Positions 26,362 through 40,700 of a DNA stretch of 64,000 nt are shown one piece after another. The stretch spans positions 26,852,437 through 26,916,436 of the forward strand of contig NC_092672.1 of NCBI RefSeq assembly GCF_964355755.1, written 5' to 3'. A program made the position numbers and the translations under genes. This stretch comes from Antedon mediterranea. Taxonomy: Eukaryota; Animalia; Echinodermata. Under the pieces are notes generated by a model. The model saw only the letters and a program-made list of their open reading frames with translations, had not been told where the DNA came from and ran no database searches. How positions within the stretch are numbered: position 1 is the first letter of the stretch; each line of letters opens with the position of its first letter.

Positions 26362-26850
26362 AGTCACATTCCCTACGTTTTTTAGATCTAATTTAAGGTC
26401 ACAAACTACTGTACATAATGTAAAAATAAACAATATGGTCCTATTGAGATAACTTTTTAGTCTTTAAATAGTTAAAATGTGAAAAAGAAGGTGATTCTAA
26501 TAATTTTAGCGGCCCGCTATAAATCCCAACATGCATTGCGCACAAATTGATATTTTTGCTTTTCTTCTGTAATTCACCTACTTTTCGATTGATCGTAAGG
26601 CCAAAACAAATAGAAGACTCCTAATTTTCAGCGAAAATACAGGGTTTCCCCCAATTTGTATCAATGGAGTCTGGCAAAAACAGAAAGATAATTTAATGCA
26701 GTAACTATACAACGTCAGGCTAGGCCTATAGCTAGCATACAATGCTCGTACGTTACCGATGTTTACCAGCTAGACCTTCAAACCTAAAGACGGCCAACAA
26801 GAGGACATTAACCGCGAACTACTGTACTTAGCTAGTGCATTGCTTCTCTC
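26362..26850. mobile_element. Kolobok-like MITE family copy, truncated by a LINE
   Basis: TTAA|AGTCACATTCCCTACG...; matches 30145-30730 and the reverse complement of 37140-37756. Confidence 0.75.
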
Positions 26851-26924
26851 TATAAGTTACTTATTTTGTTGCTTACCATATTGCCTCCCACTCGAGCAAG
26901 GCAAGGTGGTGCCTAGCACTATTT

Positions 26925-27770
26925 TTTTCATTTCATTTATTTCGTCTTTTTATAATAATAAAAACAACAGGTCACAAGGTACAGTAGAAAGCACTTTAGG
27001 GGTAGACGGGATTGTCAAAAAGTGAAACAAAACTCTCAGACCCCAGACAAATTAAATAAACTTAAATACAGAAAAAGTAACACAAATATATATCAACAGT
27101 TTAAAATAACATTTCATTGAATTATTTTATAGGCAGGTATTTGAAGCAGGTTTTTCTTAATTAAATAATAAATGATGACAGGGAAAAAGCTACTGTAGAC
27201 TATCTTTAACATTTGGTGGCAAGTTATTGAACAGACGTGGAAATGAATTAAAAATATTATAATGAGCAGAATTCATTCCTGAAATACTATGGAAAAATAC
27301 TACAGAATTAAGGTGTCGCAGATTGAGTATGTACCCCCTCTTTTAAAATATCATTTTTCTTGTATAAAATCTTAGCGATAAAATTAATTCCTAAAACAAA
27401 AATCTATTTGAAAGGCTCATCATACCAAGACACTGAAGACAAATTTCATAAAATAATTAATTTTCCTTGACATATTGCATGGAAGGTTTAAAAACACACC
27501 ATACAGGAACTTCGTATTCCAGAACTGGACAGACGAGACAATTTTTAACAATAAGTTTAGGATTTCCACATCCAACTGTTTATGAAATTGATTATGAAAT
27601 CTATCGTCTTCGATGTTTAGTTCGAAATACACGAGATCCCCAATCAAGTTTAGATGACAGGGTGACTCAACGATACTTGAATTCAAAAGTTTCATCAATG
27701 GTATCCGAGGCAATATGCGGTATTGTGTTTAAAAGTATTCTTACTCCTAGACCCTCATAATTTTACACTT
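26925..27770 (-). mobile_element. Degenerate 5'-truncated LINE (RT C-terminus)
   Basis: Frameshifted minus-strand remnants such as FKYR.VTLSSKLDW and LVCPVLEYEVPVW. Confidence 0.7.
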
Positions 27771-28731
27771 CTCATTTAATTTCATTCTATTAATTGTGCT
27801 CCAATTTAATACACAATCCAAGTCTTATACTATAGTTTAATTATAGTAATTTCTTAATGATGAATGATAGTAGGCCTAATAAGACAGAGTGGCAGCAGTA
27901 GGCTAGTAGTAGATAATTTTCAATTTGTACATTACACAGAGGCCCAAAATAGTGAGACTACTGTACTGTGTAATGTATGACAGTGTATATTCCATTTCTA
28001 CTGCATCTGCGATGGTGGGTAAAGAATAGACTTGCCTCAAGTCTGTAGTTATTTCGAGGCTTTTCGTGAAATCGGGCCTGAAAAGTAGTATACATATGAA
28101 ACGCCATATGTGCCAAAATATTTATCTTTTTACTAATATTAAGTCAAAACTCCGTCTGCAACCCAGACTAGGTAAAGAAAAAAAAAGAACTAAGGCTATA
28201 AGCCTACACCATCACGTGGCCATGGATGCTTTATTCCAGTGATGTTGAATACTTGCTATACATACTGTACACTTGGTGTGTTTTGACTACTAACCAGCTG
28301 AGTTACGATTCATAGCAGACAAATCAACACTTTACAATTTGTTACAATTTATTATTATTAATATGTGTTCACTCCTGATTCCCGGCTCGGCGATGTGTAT
28401 CGATTATGCATTTGTCAATTTTATGACCCACTATAATTATAACCCCGGTAGAGGTGCATCATGTCATAACCTTATGAATACCATGATGCACCCCAGCATA
28501 AAAAAGGTGACTTACCTTTATTAGGTGACCACGACGCACCTATTTTAACGCACTGTTACCATGCATGTTGTTCATGATATGGTGGGTGCTGGTATAGTGA
28601 AGGACAAGAAATCTTGTACAATATGCAAGAAATTTGGAAGGGATTTTGTTCAAATTTAAAGTTGAACGGATTTAAATCACTATAAAATAACTGCATACAT
28701 TGCTTATTATATTTTGCAGAGTTAGTTAAAA

Positions 28732-31700
28732 ATGGGAACAGGTGGTTCAAAAGCGTTCAAAAAACCAAAACGGCAAAAGGTAGTTGCAGAAATTCAAGTA
28801 CCAGGTCAGACAAAACCAATCAAGGTCAAAGGTGAAGTCAACTTACGTACTGGTGATGACATTGGAAGTCATCATTCGGGGGCAAAGGTCAAGGAGATTG
28901 GGCCAAACAAGTTTAGTATTCAGGTTCATGACCAAGATGTTGTGGTAGGTGGTTTTCCAACAAAATTAGTAAAAAAAAAAGTTATAGCAAAAAATATTCT
29001 TACAATACTAATTCTTGTCTTTGTAAACACAGTAGGCCTACAGTTAATTCTAACCACATTGATTGTGTGGGTGGCTTCTACTGCAAAGAATAGGGACTTT
29101 ACGAAACACGATGGTAAGGGGAGGACGAATATCCTGCTAGAGCGTAAAATCATATACAGTCAATATAGTCATTTTATTAGTTACTTACCCTTGCGTGAAG
29201 ACGATGACCGGAAGTATCTCTCTCTCTCCCTCCCCTGCCTCGTGGCGCGGGGCCCTTCTGAATCGCTTGGCTCTGGTGATACAGCATAAGCCTTCCTAGC
29301 TAGGGGCCTCGCATTTAAATGCAGCTTTTAACACAGCCATTTTAACCAAACAAAAATATTATTTCACTAAACAATTAGCCTTAGCCACCATACGGTTGGT
29401 AAGGTTTCAATCTGACCACTTTTTCACAGTGGTCTTCGACAACCCAGTTGTCTGCACAGAGATTCTTCCCTTTCTTGAGAAAACCACACCACTTTCTTGT
29501 GACTAAAAGTTAAATGCGGTGTACTCACTATAACTTCATGTCAGAAAGATTCCACAACTAGTGCAATTTCAATTATTTGACACTTATCTTATTTTTTACA
29601 GGCAAGAATATTAATTTATTCACACACTATTTTATCTTTTTTCTCATCTCTATTTGGAGACAAATTTAATACTATGTTTCATTCTACTGTAACTACTAAA
29701 CTGTTTTTTTCACTTACTATCTTTTAGACACTAATCATTAAAAATATTTGAATTTAGATTGAAATGTATACAGTACATTTTACTTTGTTTACTCAAGTGT
29801 AAAAACACTTGTTTACTCAACACTAGCATTTCTTTACTCTATTTGCACTTAGATTACTGTACATACCCTAAAAAGATATTTATGAACACCTTATGCAACA
29901 AAAACTAACAAAGAATACTTTTTAGGTAGATTTTAATAGAAGTTTCAGGCTCATACTAACAACAGTATTACTAGTTTACTGTGTTAGTATACTGTAGATG
30001 ATGCCATGACTTATTTACATTGATGCAAATTCAAGATCTTTTTAATTGGAACTCATTAGAATCACTCAATTGTAACTGACATACAATACTATGAAAATAT
30101 TTTCATAACAACTATATAGTATTTTATTAAGTTTAAAAACTTAAAGTCCCATTCCCTACGTTTTTAGATCTAATTTAAGGTCACAAACTACATTTGATGT
30201 AAAAATAAATACTATGGTCCTATTGAGATTTTCATCTTTAAATGGTTAAGAATGTTAAAAATAAGGTTATTCTAATAATATAAATCCCAACATGCATTGC
30301 GCGCAGATTGATAATGATATGTTTATGTACTTTCCGATCGTAAGTAAGGCCAACAAATAGTAGACTCCTAACTTTTCAGCGAAAATACTGGGTTTCACCC
30401 AATTTTTATCAACAGAGTCTGGCAAAAACAGAAAGATAATTAATGCAATAACTATACAACGTCAGGCTAGACCACAATGTTTGTACGTTACCAATGTTTG
30501 CCAGCTAGGCCTACAAAACTAAGCCTAGCTAAAGACGGCCAACGAAAGGACATTTATATTTATATTTATATTTTTTTATATTTATACATTAACCTTGAGC
30601 TACGTAGGTAGTGCATTGCTTCTATTTTTATCATAATTTACCATAAAACGTACATTTAAGACAAGGAATGACCTGGTTTAATGTTTAAAAGTAATGCATT
30701 ATTTTTACAAAAACGTCAACAATTGTAGGGAAATGGGTATTTAATACAGACCTCCCAAGTTGGTATCATTATTTTTATTTCAGACCTGCCAAACCCTTGG
30801 TTATTTTCAATTTCATTTATTTATTATTAGACTAATAAACATTAAAATAATAAAGAACAGAAACAAAACACAATGCTCAGGGGCAACTAAAGCAAAAACC
30901 TATAACTCAAAGAGTCAGTTGCTCCTAAAAAACATCCAAATACAAAAAATATTGCACCAAGTAAAACAATCGTATTTATACTCAAAATTAGTATAAGGGA
31001 TCGGGACATACATATACAAAATAATAGGTTAATATTAATCGGAGACAGAATCTCTTTCAGTGAGTTAATGTCGGACTTATAGATAAAAAAGCATGTTAAA
31101 GAGACCTCAACTCCTGAATTTCTTACATTATCACATTATCAGGGAAAACAGCCCAAACATTTGGAAATAAATTGACAGGAGAATTACTGAAGGCTGTGGT
31201 GCGGACGAATTGGTGTCTAAACAAAAGTGAGTCGGAATGCCTTGCATTGACCAAGACACCTTCGACGATACAAGAACAGTCAGTTATACCATATACTGTA
31301 TAGACATTTAACAATAAAAGAAATCAGCATGTAATCACTCTGAGAGTTCAAAGTTAACAGTTAAGTCGATCAGTGTATGGTATTTCGCCCTTTTTAACCT
31401 TGAGCATTGTCTAGTGGCAGACCTCTGAATATGTTCAAGTCTATTAGCATTTTTTTTTGTTTTTGGGGCATCCATGCAGTCAGCCCATATTCAATGATTG
31501 GTAAAATTAAAGATTTATAAAGGCAATTAAAAACAACAGGTTGGGCACCTCCTGCAACTCTGAACATTAACCTAGCAAGTCTGTTAGCCTTTGAAACTAC
31601 GTATCTACATGATTACTCCATGACAGTCTACTGTCAAGAATAACACCAAGATACTTATGCTCACGTCTTGCATCTAATTTAAGACCATTGATAAAATACA

Positions 31701-34700
31701 TATTTTCATTAAATACCCGTTTTCGAGTGACATGCATAACTTTAGTTTTGCTGGCATTAAAAATCATTTGGTTATCAGCCCATGTATTAATGTGATCAAG
31801 ATCATCTTGTAATGCCACTACATCGCATGCAGTAAAATTGGTTGGTAAAAGAAAATGGTGAATTTTTAGAAGTTGTCAACAAATCATGAGATTTCAAGAA
31901 TAACCAATAATGATGAAAACATACTAAACATAATTACAAAAGACAAACTAACTAATATTTATTGGATACTTGTCGGCGACATTTAAAGGGGCTTTTTGAT
32001 TTTTGTTGCGTAGCAAAATATGAATACAGTTATATACAATAATAACAATCAAAATCAATCAAATTTATTCATAAATCGGAGTATTTATTAGGGAAAAATT
32101 ATGGTAAAATCAGAAAAATCGTATTAAATCAGGTGAACTAGAGATTGGATACCCAACAAAATCGAGTGAGTTGACAGGCATCCCCTATTATACTTAGCCA
32201 ATCATGTTCATGCCTTCAATCAAAATACAATCTGTAATCTTATGTACACATTCCATAAATGTTGCATATTTTGTTTACTCACAGAAATGAAAACATCATT
32301 TACAATTTTATTTTATTTTGTCAAACACAGGGACTGTGGAATGTGTCTTTCTTGTCACAGATAACAAAAACGGAATGATAAAATAACACAATCACATGAT
32401 ATTTTCACCCAGTCTAAAAAATTTCTTATCATATCATTTAAAAATTATTTTCCTTTTATTGGTTATGATTATAGAGAGGAGAAACTATATGTTATTTAAT
32501 ATTTTGTCTCATGTGACATTGGTAAATTTTTATTCAATATTTCTCTTTAGCGGCCAGCTCGATGTAAAACTTTTGACATGATAATTATCAGTAGTGCATA
32601 GGTTTATACTGTACAACTGATTTTTAAATATATTGTAGAAACAGTATTACTACAGTATAGTGGCCAATCCAGGTTCATCCAATTAAAAAGTAAAAATACA
32701 TTTATTACCGGCAAAAATATAGTATAGTAGTAGTGTTAGAAAATGTATACATTTAAATAAGTTGAATGAGAAAATAAATATTCTTTCTAATCAACAATAT
32801 GCAAAAACTTCATTATTTGTTTTATCACACCTACAGTACTGCCTTTTGACTACAGTTGTAGATGGCGCACTTCTTAGTTTTCTGTGTTCTTTATAAAGTA
32901 GGTGTAGGTGTGTTGTGACACAATCATGTCAAAAGTTTTAAATCGACCAGGCCGTTAAGAGAAATATTAAATCAAAATTACCAATGTCACATGAGACAAA
33001 ATCAACAATTCAAAAAGATAAATACTTGTGTACTAAGTATTATTAAATAACATAGTTTCTCATCTCTATAAACATAACCACAAAAGGTAATTAATTTTTA
33101 AATGATAAGATAAGAAATGTGTTAGACTGAGGGTAAAAAAGCCATATTTTATTCAAGTGGATCATAATATTAATAATGTTTGCATATTTCAAAAATGTTG
33201 CAGACTTAAGTGCAACTCAAATATATCTAGAGAACCTTTTTATCAACAATGTTATTGACTAAATGTAGGAGGTCCAAAGGTAGATTTAATATGCAGACCT
33301 CCCAAGTTTGTATACAATATTTGTTCTGAGCTATTGTTGTCAGTGCAAATGCAATAGGTAGCTCATCCTCTATTATACTTACCAATCATTTCCATGCCTT
33401 CAATCAAAGAATATATATCACAAGAATGAGTATTCCGCGATTTTTGCATGAGAAATTTGTAACAGAGAGCTCCAGTGAGTGATGCCCGCCCTCATAAGGG
33501 CGGATGTATACATACTAAATAAGACTTTGATTTAATAGACATGATACATGTCCCATTAAATAGAATTATGATGATAGTTTTTGCAATTGTAAACTATTTT
33601 ATAATACATATTTATTAACAAACTAGTGTTTATTCACTTTTACAGACAATTATTTACTAACATGCTAAGTTAGTTCACAAAAAAGGCCTAACACAGCAAC
33701 ACCAAAAATCAACGAATATTACTAGTCAGGACGGCCTATTCTTTACCATTGCCGTGTACTACTCTACGCCCGGTAAATTAAGTATTGTTTTTATGATATA
33801 AATTAGTATAAAACACATGTTATTAATAGGAGGAAATGTTAAATGTCATTAACATTTATTTGTTTTACCAGAAACAAGTTAAATATAGGAATATTATTAA
33901 ACTATCCTTCGTGAAAACGCGTAAACACCAACACGCCCGGTCACGCTATCGTAGCGCCCGGTTGATAAAGCAAACTGTTTATACGGCAGTTTTTACTAAA
34001 TAAATTGCATAAAACGAACAATTAAATATCCAAATAGTATTTAACATGATGTTGGCATGTAGTTGATAACATTTTTATCATCGGAAAATACTCCGGTAGT
34101 CCAGCCTTTGATTAGTGAAACCTTCACAAAAAGTTGTATACATCCCAGATACATCCACACTTATGGCGGCGCCCTACCACATGGACAATATCACTGTTAC
34201 AGGGAAAATCGCGGATTACTCATTCTTGTGATATATATTCTTTGCTTCAATCAAAATACAATCTGTAATCTTATGTACACATTCCATAAATGTTGCATAT
34301 TTTGTTTACTCAAAGAAATGAAAACATCATTTACAATTTTATTTTATTTTGTCAAACACAGGGACTGTGGAATGTGTCTTTCTTGTCACAGATAACAAAA
34401 ACGGAATGATAAAATAACACAATCACGATATTATTATATGATATATTATATCATAAAAAGGGGTAAAATATAATCACAGCTTGACATAATATAGAAACTG
34501 AAACCCTGATATTAACATTTCAAGAAGGGTAAAGCATTGACAAGTAGTAAAATATCATAAAATGGATAAAAAAAAAAGATAGTGACATATCAACATGGTT
34601 AAAATAAAAGGAAAATAAAATCATCAGGCAGAAACTGCTATTATTTTCGTAGTTCCAATTTTGCTTTTTCTATCCTAAGCCAACAGTAAATTTCAATGTC

Positions 34701-37700
34701 TATCCATTATTTCATAAATTAATAATTTGTTTCTAATTGCTTTAATAATTTTAATAAAACAATATTAATTAAGAAATATGTATTTACTTTTGCATATTAT
34801 GAGTAATCAAATAAATATTACAAAGAAAATTGAAGACACAAGATTATAAAGTCATTAGCTACCTTAAAACCATGAAATGTAAACAAAATATAAATCAAAG
34901 ATTACAACCTCTACCAAGAACTGAGTTTTTAAAATGTGGGCCAAACAGTGGTTTTTATTTGGTAAATATTCGTCTTGTAAATTTTAAGTATGGCCTAAAA
35001 TTAGTAATATCAAAAATTAATATACTCTAAACAATATTTAAATATCAAGATGCATGACTGAATGAAAGTTGAAATATAAAATATGATAAAAAAGTTTGTT
35101 CTTAATATTATTTGATATTGACTATATCCAAGCAATTGAATATTTATATAATTTTTAACATTTCCTTCCTTAATATTTCTATAGTATAGCATTATGATTG
35201 TGTCTTTATTTTTTCATTTTCTCTATAGACGTTCAATACAGAAGGTGACTTCCATACTTATCTTACCAATGCTGCAGAACTTAAAGTCACAAACATAGAG
35301 ACAGTTCCAGATGATGATGAAGATGAGCATAATCCCATGATGCTCAGTGCCAGTTACTCCTTCAATCTTACTCCCGCTGTAAGTTTATTAGGTTATATCA
35401 AAGAACTTATAACACAAGAATCTCCTGTTCGTCCGAAGCGCGTAACAATTTCGAAAGGCATTGTGGGATAGAATAGAGCTATGGGTGGCGCCATTGTGAG
35501 CCATGGAGTAGGGCGCCCGCATCAAATTAGAAAGTCAAAATCATAGAGGGGATCTGCTAATGCTCTAGAGGGGATAGAGTAATTGACTGAGGAGTAGGGT
35601 GCCCGCATCAAATTAGAAAGTCAAAATCATAGAGGGGATCCGCTAATACTCTAGGGGGGGTAGAGTAATTGACTTCCTAGTTTGGAGGGGGCGCTGCTCC
35701 ATGCTGTGAAATGGCGTCGCCCAGTTTGACCTTTTAACCCTGTACTTCCGATACTGTGTTTTGAATGCAAATTGAAGAACAGGAGATTCTTGTGTTATAA
35801 GTTCTTTGGTTATATGCATTAACATGCAATTTTGTTTTTTTGTGTCTTGAGATCAATTTCATGATCTAGTTACATACTGTAGTTCTTTGAGCAATAAAAC
35901 AAGTCAACGTGCACTTTCACCAAGTACTGGACAATAGTGTTTGGTATCATTGGATAGCATGTTTTATTCTGAATACATCATCATCATCCGTTACGAAATC
36001 TATTCGTCTTGGGTAGACAATGCGTACGCTAATCGTTTCCATGACTCTCTTTCGGTGGTCAGTTTTATCAATATATTTTCTTTGTACTTTTTTTTTTAGA
36101 ATATTCCACTTACAGTATATATTTTCCATTTACAGTATATATGTTATATTATCTATATATTAATGCTGCTAAATTGGTCGCGTAATTTTAGTATCTCCTC
36201 CGAAACCGTTGAATGGTACATGCTCACATTTGGCACACTGATGTTTCTTGATGAGCCGCACACGATAGGCTATATCACTTTCCTGAATTTTAAGGATAAA
36301 CACTAAAAAAAGTCAAACAAAATACCAGTAATTTGACATCTCATCTACGCAACCTTCTCTGTTGTGTACCGCAATGGCCAGATCTAAAACTACCATGTTG
36401 AGTTGCCAAATTGATACAGTGGTTTGTCTTGGCAGCCGGCCAACCGCATCAACTGATTTAATTAATTACACCTATCCTTTGAATTGAATGATTTTTGAAA
36501 ATCACGGCTATCTCAGTGAGTAAAATGCCGTGACCATTGATATCAATGCTTAGTACATTTGAGTTTGAATACGCGAATGTGTAAAATAAGTATCACCGCT
36601 TAAAGCAAAAAATCAAAACTACAGTAGACCACAATTTAATTACAAAAGTAGCAAAAAAGATAAATCTCCCACAAAAAAATTGCAAAATATTAAAAACCAA
36701 ACAACTTACCACACCACAATTACAGAAAGCAATTAACAATGTGTTTAGGTCGTGTTTCCGCAGCGATGTGTTTTTTTTTTTATTTCTGTCCAATTTTTTA
36801 TTTTATCTATAGGTAAATGTGACTATTGCATACACATCACTATTTCTGAGCATAATTAAAAACAAAGCTTTCCACTAATAACACCCAAAATATATAGTTT
36901 TGTATTTTATATTTTTGTTGTGTCCGCGTGCATCATCTAATTTCGAATACCACTGTATGCACTTTTTTTGTGTTGATTTCAAGTCCATAAGCAGCTGTAG
37001 TTTCATTATTCCAATACTTCACATCTTAATTCTATAATTTTATCATTGAAATGTTTTAAACTGCCGACTGATTGTCAGTGTTCAACGTGCATGTCCTTCT
37101 CATGCACATAGTCACTTTCTGATGCGCGGCCTAGATTAAAGACACCTTCCATACAATTTGTGACGTTTTGTAAAAATAATATATTACTTTAAAAACATTA
37201 AACCAGGTCATTCCTTGTCTTAAATGTACGTTTTATGGTAAATTATGATAAAAAGTGAGAAACAATGCACTACCCAAGTAGCTCGGGGCGACTGACCTCT
37301 CGTGGACGGTCTTTAGGCCTAGCCTAGCTAGGCTTAGTTTTGTAGTCCTAGCTGGTAAACATCGGTAACGTACGAACATCGTGCGCTAGCTATCTAGCCT
37401 GACGTTGTATAGTTGCTGCATTAATTGTCTTTCTATTTTTGCCAGACTCCGTTAATATAAATTGGGGAAAACCCGGCTTTATTCGCTGAAAAGTTAGGAG
37501 TCTTCCATTTATTTTGGCCTCACGATCGAACGAAAAGTGGGTGAATTACAAAAGAAAAACAGAAATATCAATCCGCGTGCAATGCATTTTGGGATTTATA
37601 GCGGGCCGCTATAATTATTAGAATCAACTTATTTTTCACATTTTTAACCATTTAAAGACGAAAAAAGTTATCGCAATAGGAACATTTAGTATTATTTTTA

Positions 37701-40700
37701 CATTAAATATAGTTTGTGATCTTAAAATAGATCTAAAAAATGTAGGGAAGGTGTCTTTAATATTCACACAGCACAATTTTTGTTTACAGATATTTCAAAG
37801 TGAAATATCTATCTCTCTCTGACTAGTAGTTTTGGAGATTTGGTATTTCCCTGTAATTCCACCCTAATTTGCATATTTAAGCTAATTTGCATATCAATAT
37901 TTATATAATTATATCAGTTTAATTATGACCATGAAGCAACATAGTAACTCGGTTGTAGGCTTTTGTACAGTTAAGATCATTGGCTCACTATTTAATAATA
38001 ATTACTAGTTAATTATTCCTTCTATTTAAATTATACTGTACTTTACAGGGCCATCAGTGTGCTGATTAGGCACACCATCCTGTAAATTAATCATAACTTA
38101 TTTGACTGGACGTCAGTAGAGTATTAAGTAAACTAGTACTAGATAAAAACATTCGAACTTTGTACTCCGTTTAATTTTTTTAACCTATTTACATAATTTT
38201 GTCTTTCTTTCTATTGGGTAGTGACAAGTACAGTTGTACTACAATTGTACATAAATGGTTAATTGGCTTTTATTTCATTCTGTTTTGCCTGCTTTGGATT
38301 ATTGCTGTTGACATCTTTTTGCCTCCTCCTACTTTTGGTAGTATTTAGCTTTGGAACTTTAGCCCAGTCATGGTAGTTATAATAAAACCAAGCCAAGATG
38401 ACATTGATGCATTTGTAAATGACGATCTTAAAAGATCCAATATACTTAGAAATAGGCCTACTACGATACTTAATTTGAAAGTTAAACAGAAACTACAAGA
38501 TGTTGCTACTAGAAAATTGCAGTTGCAGAATAAAACATATCTGGTGGGAAGTTGTAACGAATCTGTGTGTTGCATAGCAGATGAAGATGTAATGTTTAAT
38601 AACATATCATATCATCCAATTGTATTGTGGTCGTTTGAACCTGAAAAGAAGTTTCATAAAGGTGGTTATGTAATAGCTGAGCAGAAACCAAATGACCCAG
38701 CTTATTTAACACTGAAAGTAAACCAGCCTTTGCAAAGTGTTTCTGTTGCTGTTCAGAATGGTTATTTAATACCTGATATTTTTAAGGCATTGAATAGAAA
38801 GATCCTTTTCGAAAATGAAGCTATCAAAAGCATACATGGTCCTGCTGTGGAACTTATTAATGTTAATAATAAATTGTTACTTGATACTGTATCTTGTTTG
38901 AAGTGCCAGTCATGGTCATGGCCATTACATTCAACAAGTTTTTTCACAAGAGAAAGATTAAATAACTGGCCAACACAAGAGATTTTAAGAAAGATTTATA
39001 AGCTGGATTGCCTGGTAGTTGGTGTTGGACACCCAACAAGCAAATCAAAAGAAATTGAATGGAGGTTATCTTTTTCTGTAGCTGAAAAAGAACTCTGTTA
39101 TGAACTTAGTGAACCATTCTTTGAATGTATGTTTATTCTTAAGACGATAAAAGCAGCAAAGAAATTATTATTAAGTGAATCTGATTCACCAACTCCATTC
39201 TGTTCTTACTTTATTAAGACAGCTTGTTTCTGGATGTGTGAGACTTTTCCTCCTACAGGTCATAGTACTGTGGACTTGGTAAGGAAAACATTGGACTGGC
39301 TGATAAAATGCTATGAAGACATGTACCTCCCTCATTATTTTATTAGCCATCAAAATTTGATTGGACATTTATCAAGGAAATGTTGTGAAGAAATGAAAGT
39401 AGCATTGAATGAAGTTAAAAAAGATATTTGCATGAATTATTTAAAAAGTATTGGATTGTCAGGTTATCACAGTAACAAACATATGCCCTTGCCTGTGAGG
39501 AAAGAATTGCAGGATCCAAAAACGTATTTGATGATGACGAGTTTCAGACATAAACTTGAGAGCCATAGGCCTATTATGGAAGAAATTGTTAATCAGTTCC
39601 AACAAGCTATTTTTACAAATATGTATTTTATAATATTTCATAATATTATACAAACAGATGTATGTACAGATTTTGATCCATTTGAAATTCTTAATCTTAA
39701 ACTAGAGGATATTATTCTACATGTCCTAAAAACAGTACCAAACATCTACAAGAAAATCTATAAGCACAGTTTATATTGCAGTTTAGGAGATGCATATACA
39801 GGATTATTGAGATATTTACAAAGTAGGCCTACTGGGATAAACCTACATGACTACCTCAATAAACCACTAGAATTTTATGAGAAAGGATCAGAGGTTGTGT
39901 ATCCTGATGGATGGAGTGATCAGGGTATAGGTACCCAAATTAATGTCATTAAATATTACTATTTAATGAATGATGAAGAAAAACTGAAAGAGATGCTTGC
40001 CAAGTTTGAACCAGTACTTCACAAAGTTAAAGAAAACAAGGATGTTATGATAAGACTAATTAAAGTTGTTGTTTTTTTTTCACACATTAACGCTTTCTCT
40101 TGGGGAATTATTGATAAGGACTTGTATGATATTAGTAGAGGGTATGCAACTATTCCCATTAATCCTATTGTTTTCATATTTTATGTCACTGCAAAAATAT
40201 CTCTTAAGGAAGGTGACATTTATAGTGCATATGCAAATTTAAATGAAATACAAAGTTTGACTATTCCATATCTAGATCAGGAGGTAACAAAATTATTAAT
40301 TAAGATTCTCGAAAGGTTATTGGCTAATTGTTTGTATAAGTTTTGGTTATTATTTAGCAGTGGCCGATAAAGGTTACGGGGTCCAAGGCAGAAAAAAAAA
40401 AGAGATGGAAAAATAAATCTAGGCTTATTTGTATTAGGTTATTCGAGTGTATTGTGTGCATATCACATCCAATGCATGCTTATTTTTTTACTATATAGAA
40501 GAAGTAGTTTTTAGACTAGCTAAACTAAACTAATTTCTAAAACTTGTATTCATATTTCTATACAATAGTTCATAATTAACAGGGTTGTACTAACGTATTA
40601 TTTATTAAATTTATGAAGTTATATCGTACTGGAGCCATTCGTCAGATAGTGTATTTCCCATAGACCTAATCTACTGTTCATACCTTTCATCATATTTTTT

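Larger units (their letters stand above)
32180..34426 (+). repeat. Local duplication: 32180-32395 versus 33365-33404 plus 34245-34426
   Basis: About 180 bp near-identical (CTTCAATCAAAATACAATCTGTAATCTTATG...AATAACACAATCAC); the second copy is split by the element at 33405. Confidence 0.85.

Noticed and set aside
28945-29289. Hydrophobic, TM-like tail of ORF 28732-29289
   Set aside because: It lies after the GTAGGT donor at 28945 and runs into an interspersed repeat; most likely intron read-through.
38345-39653. Small antisense ORFs over the cGLR
   Set aside because: Shadow ORFs of the real coding strand.
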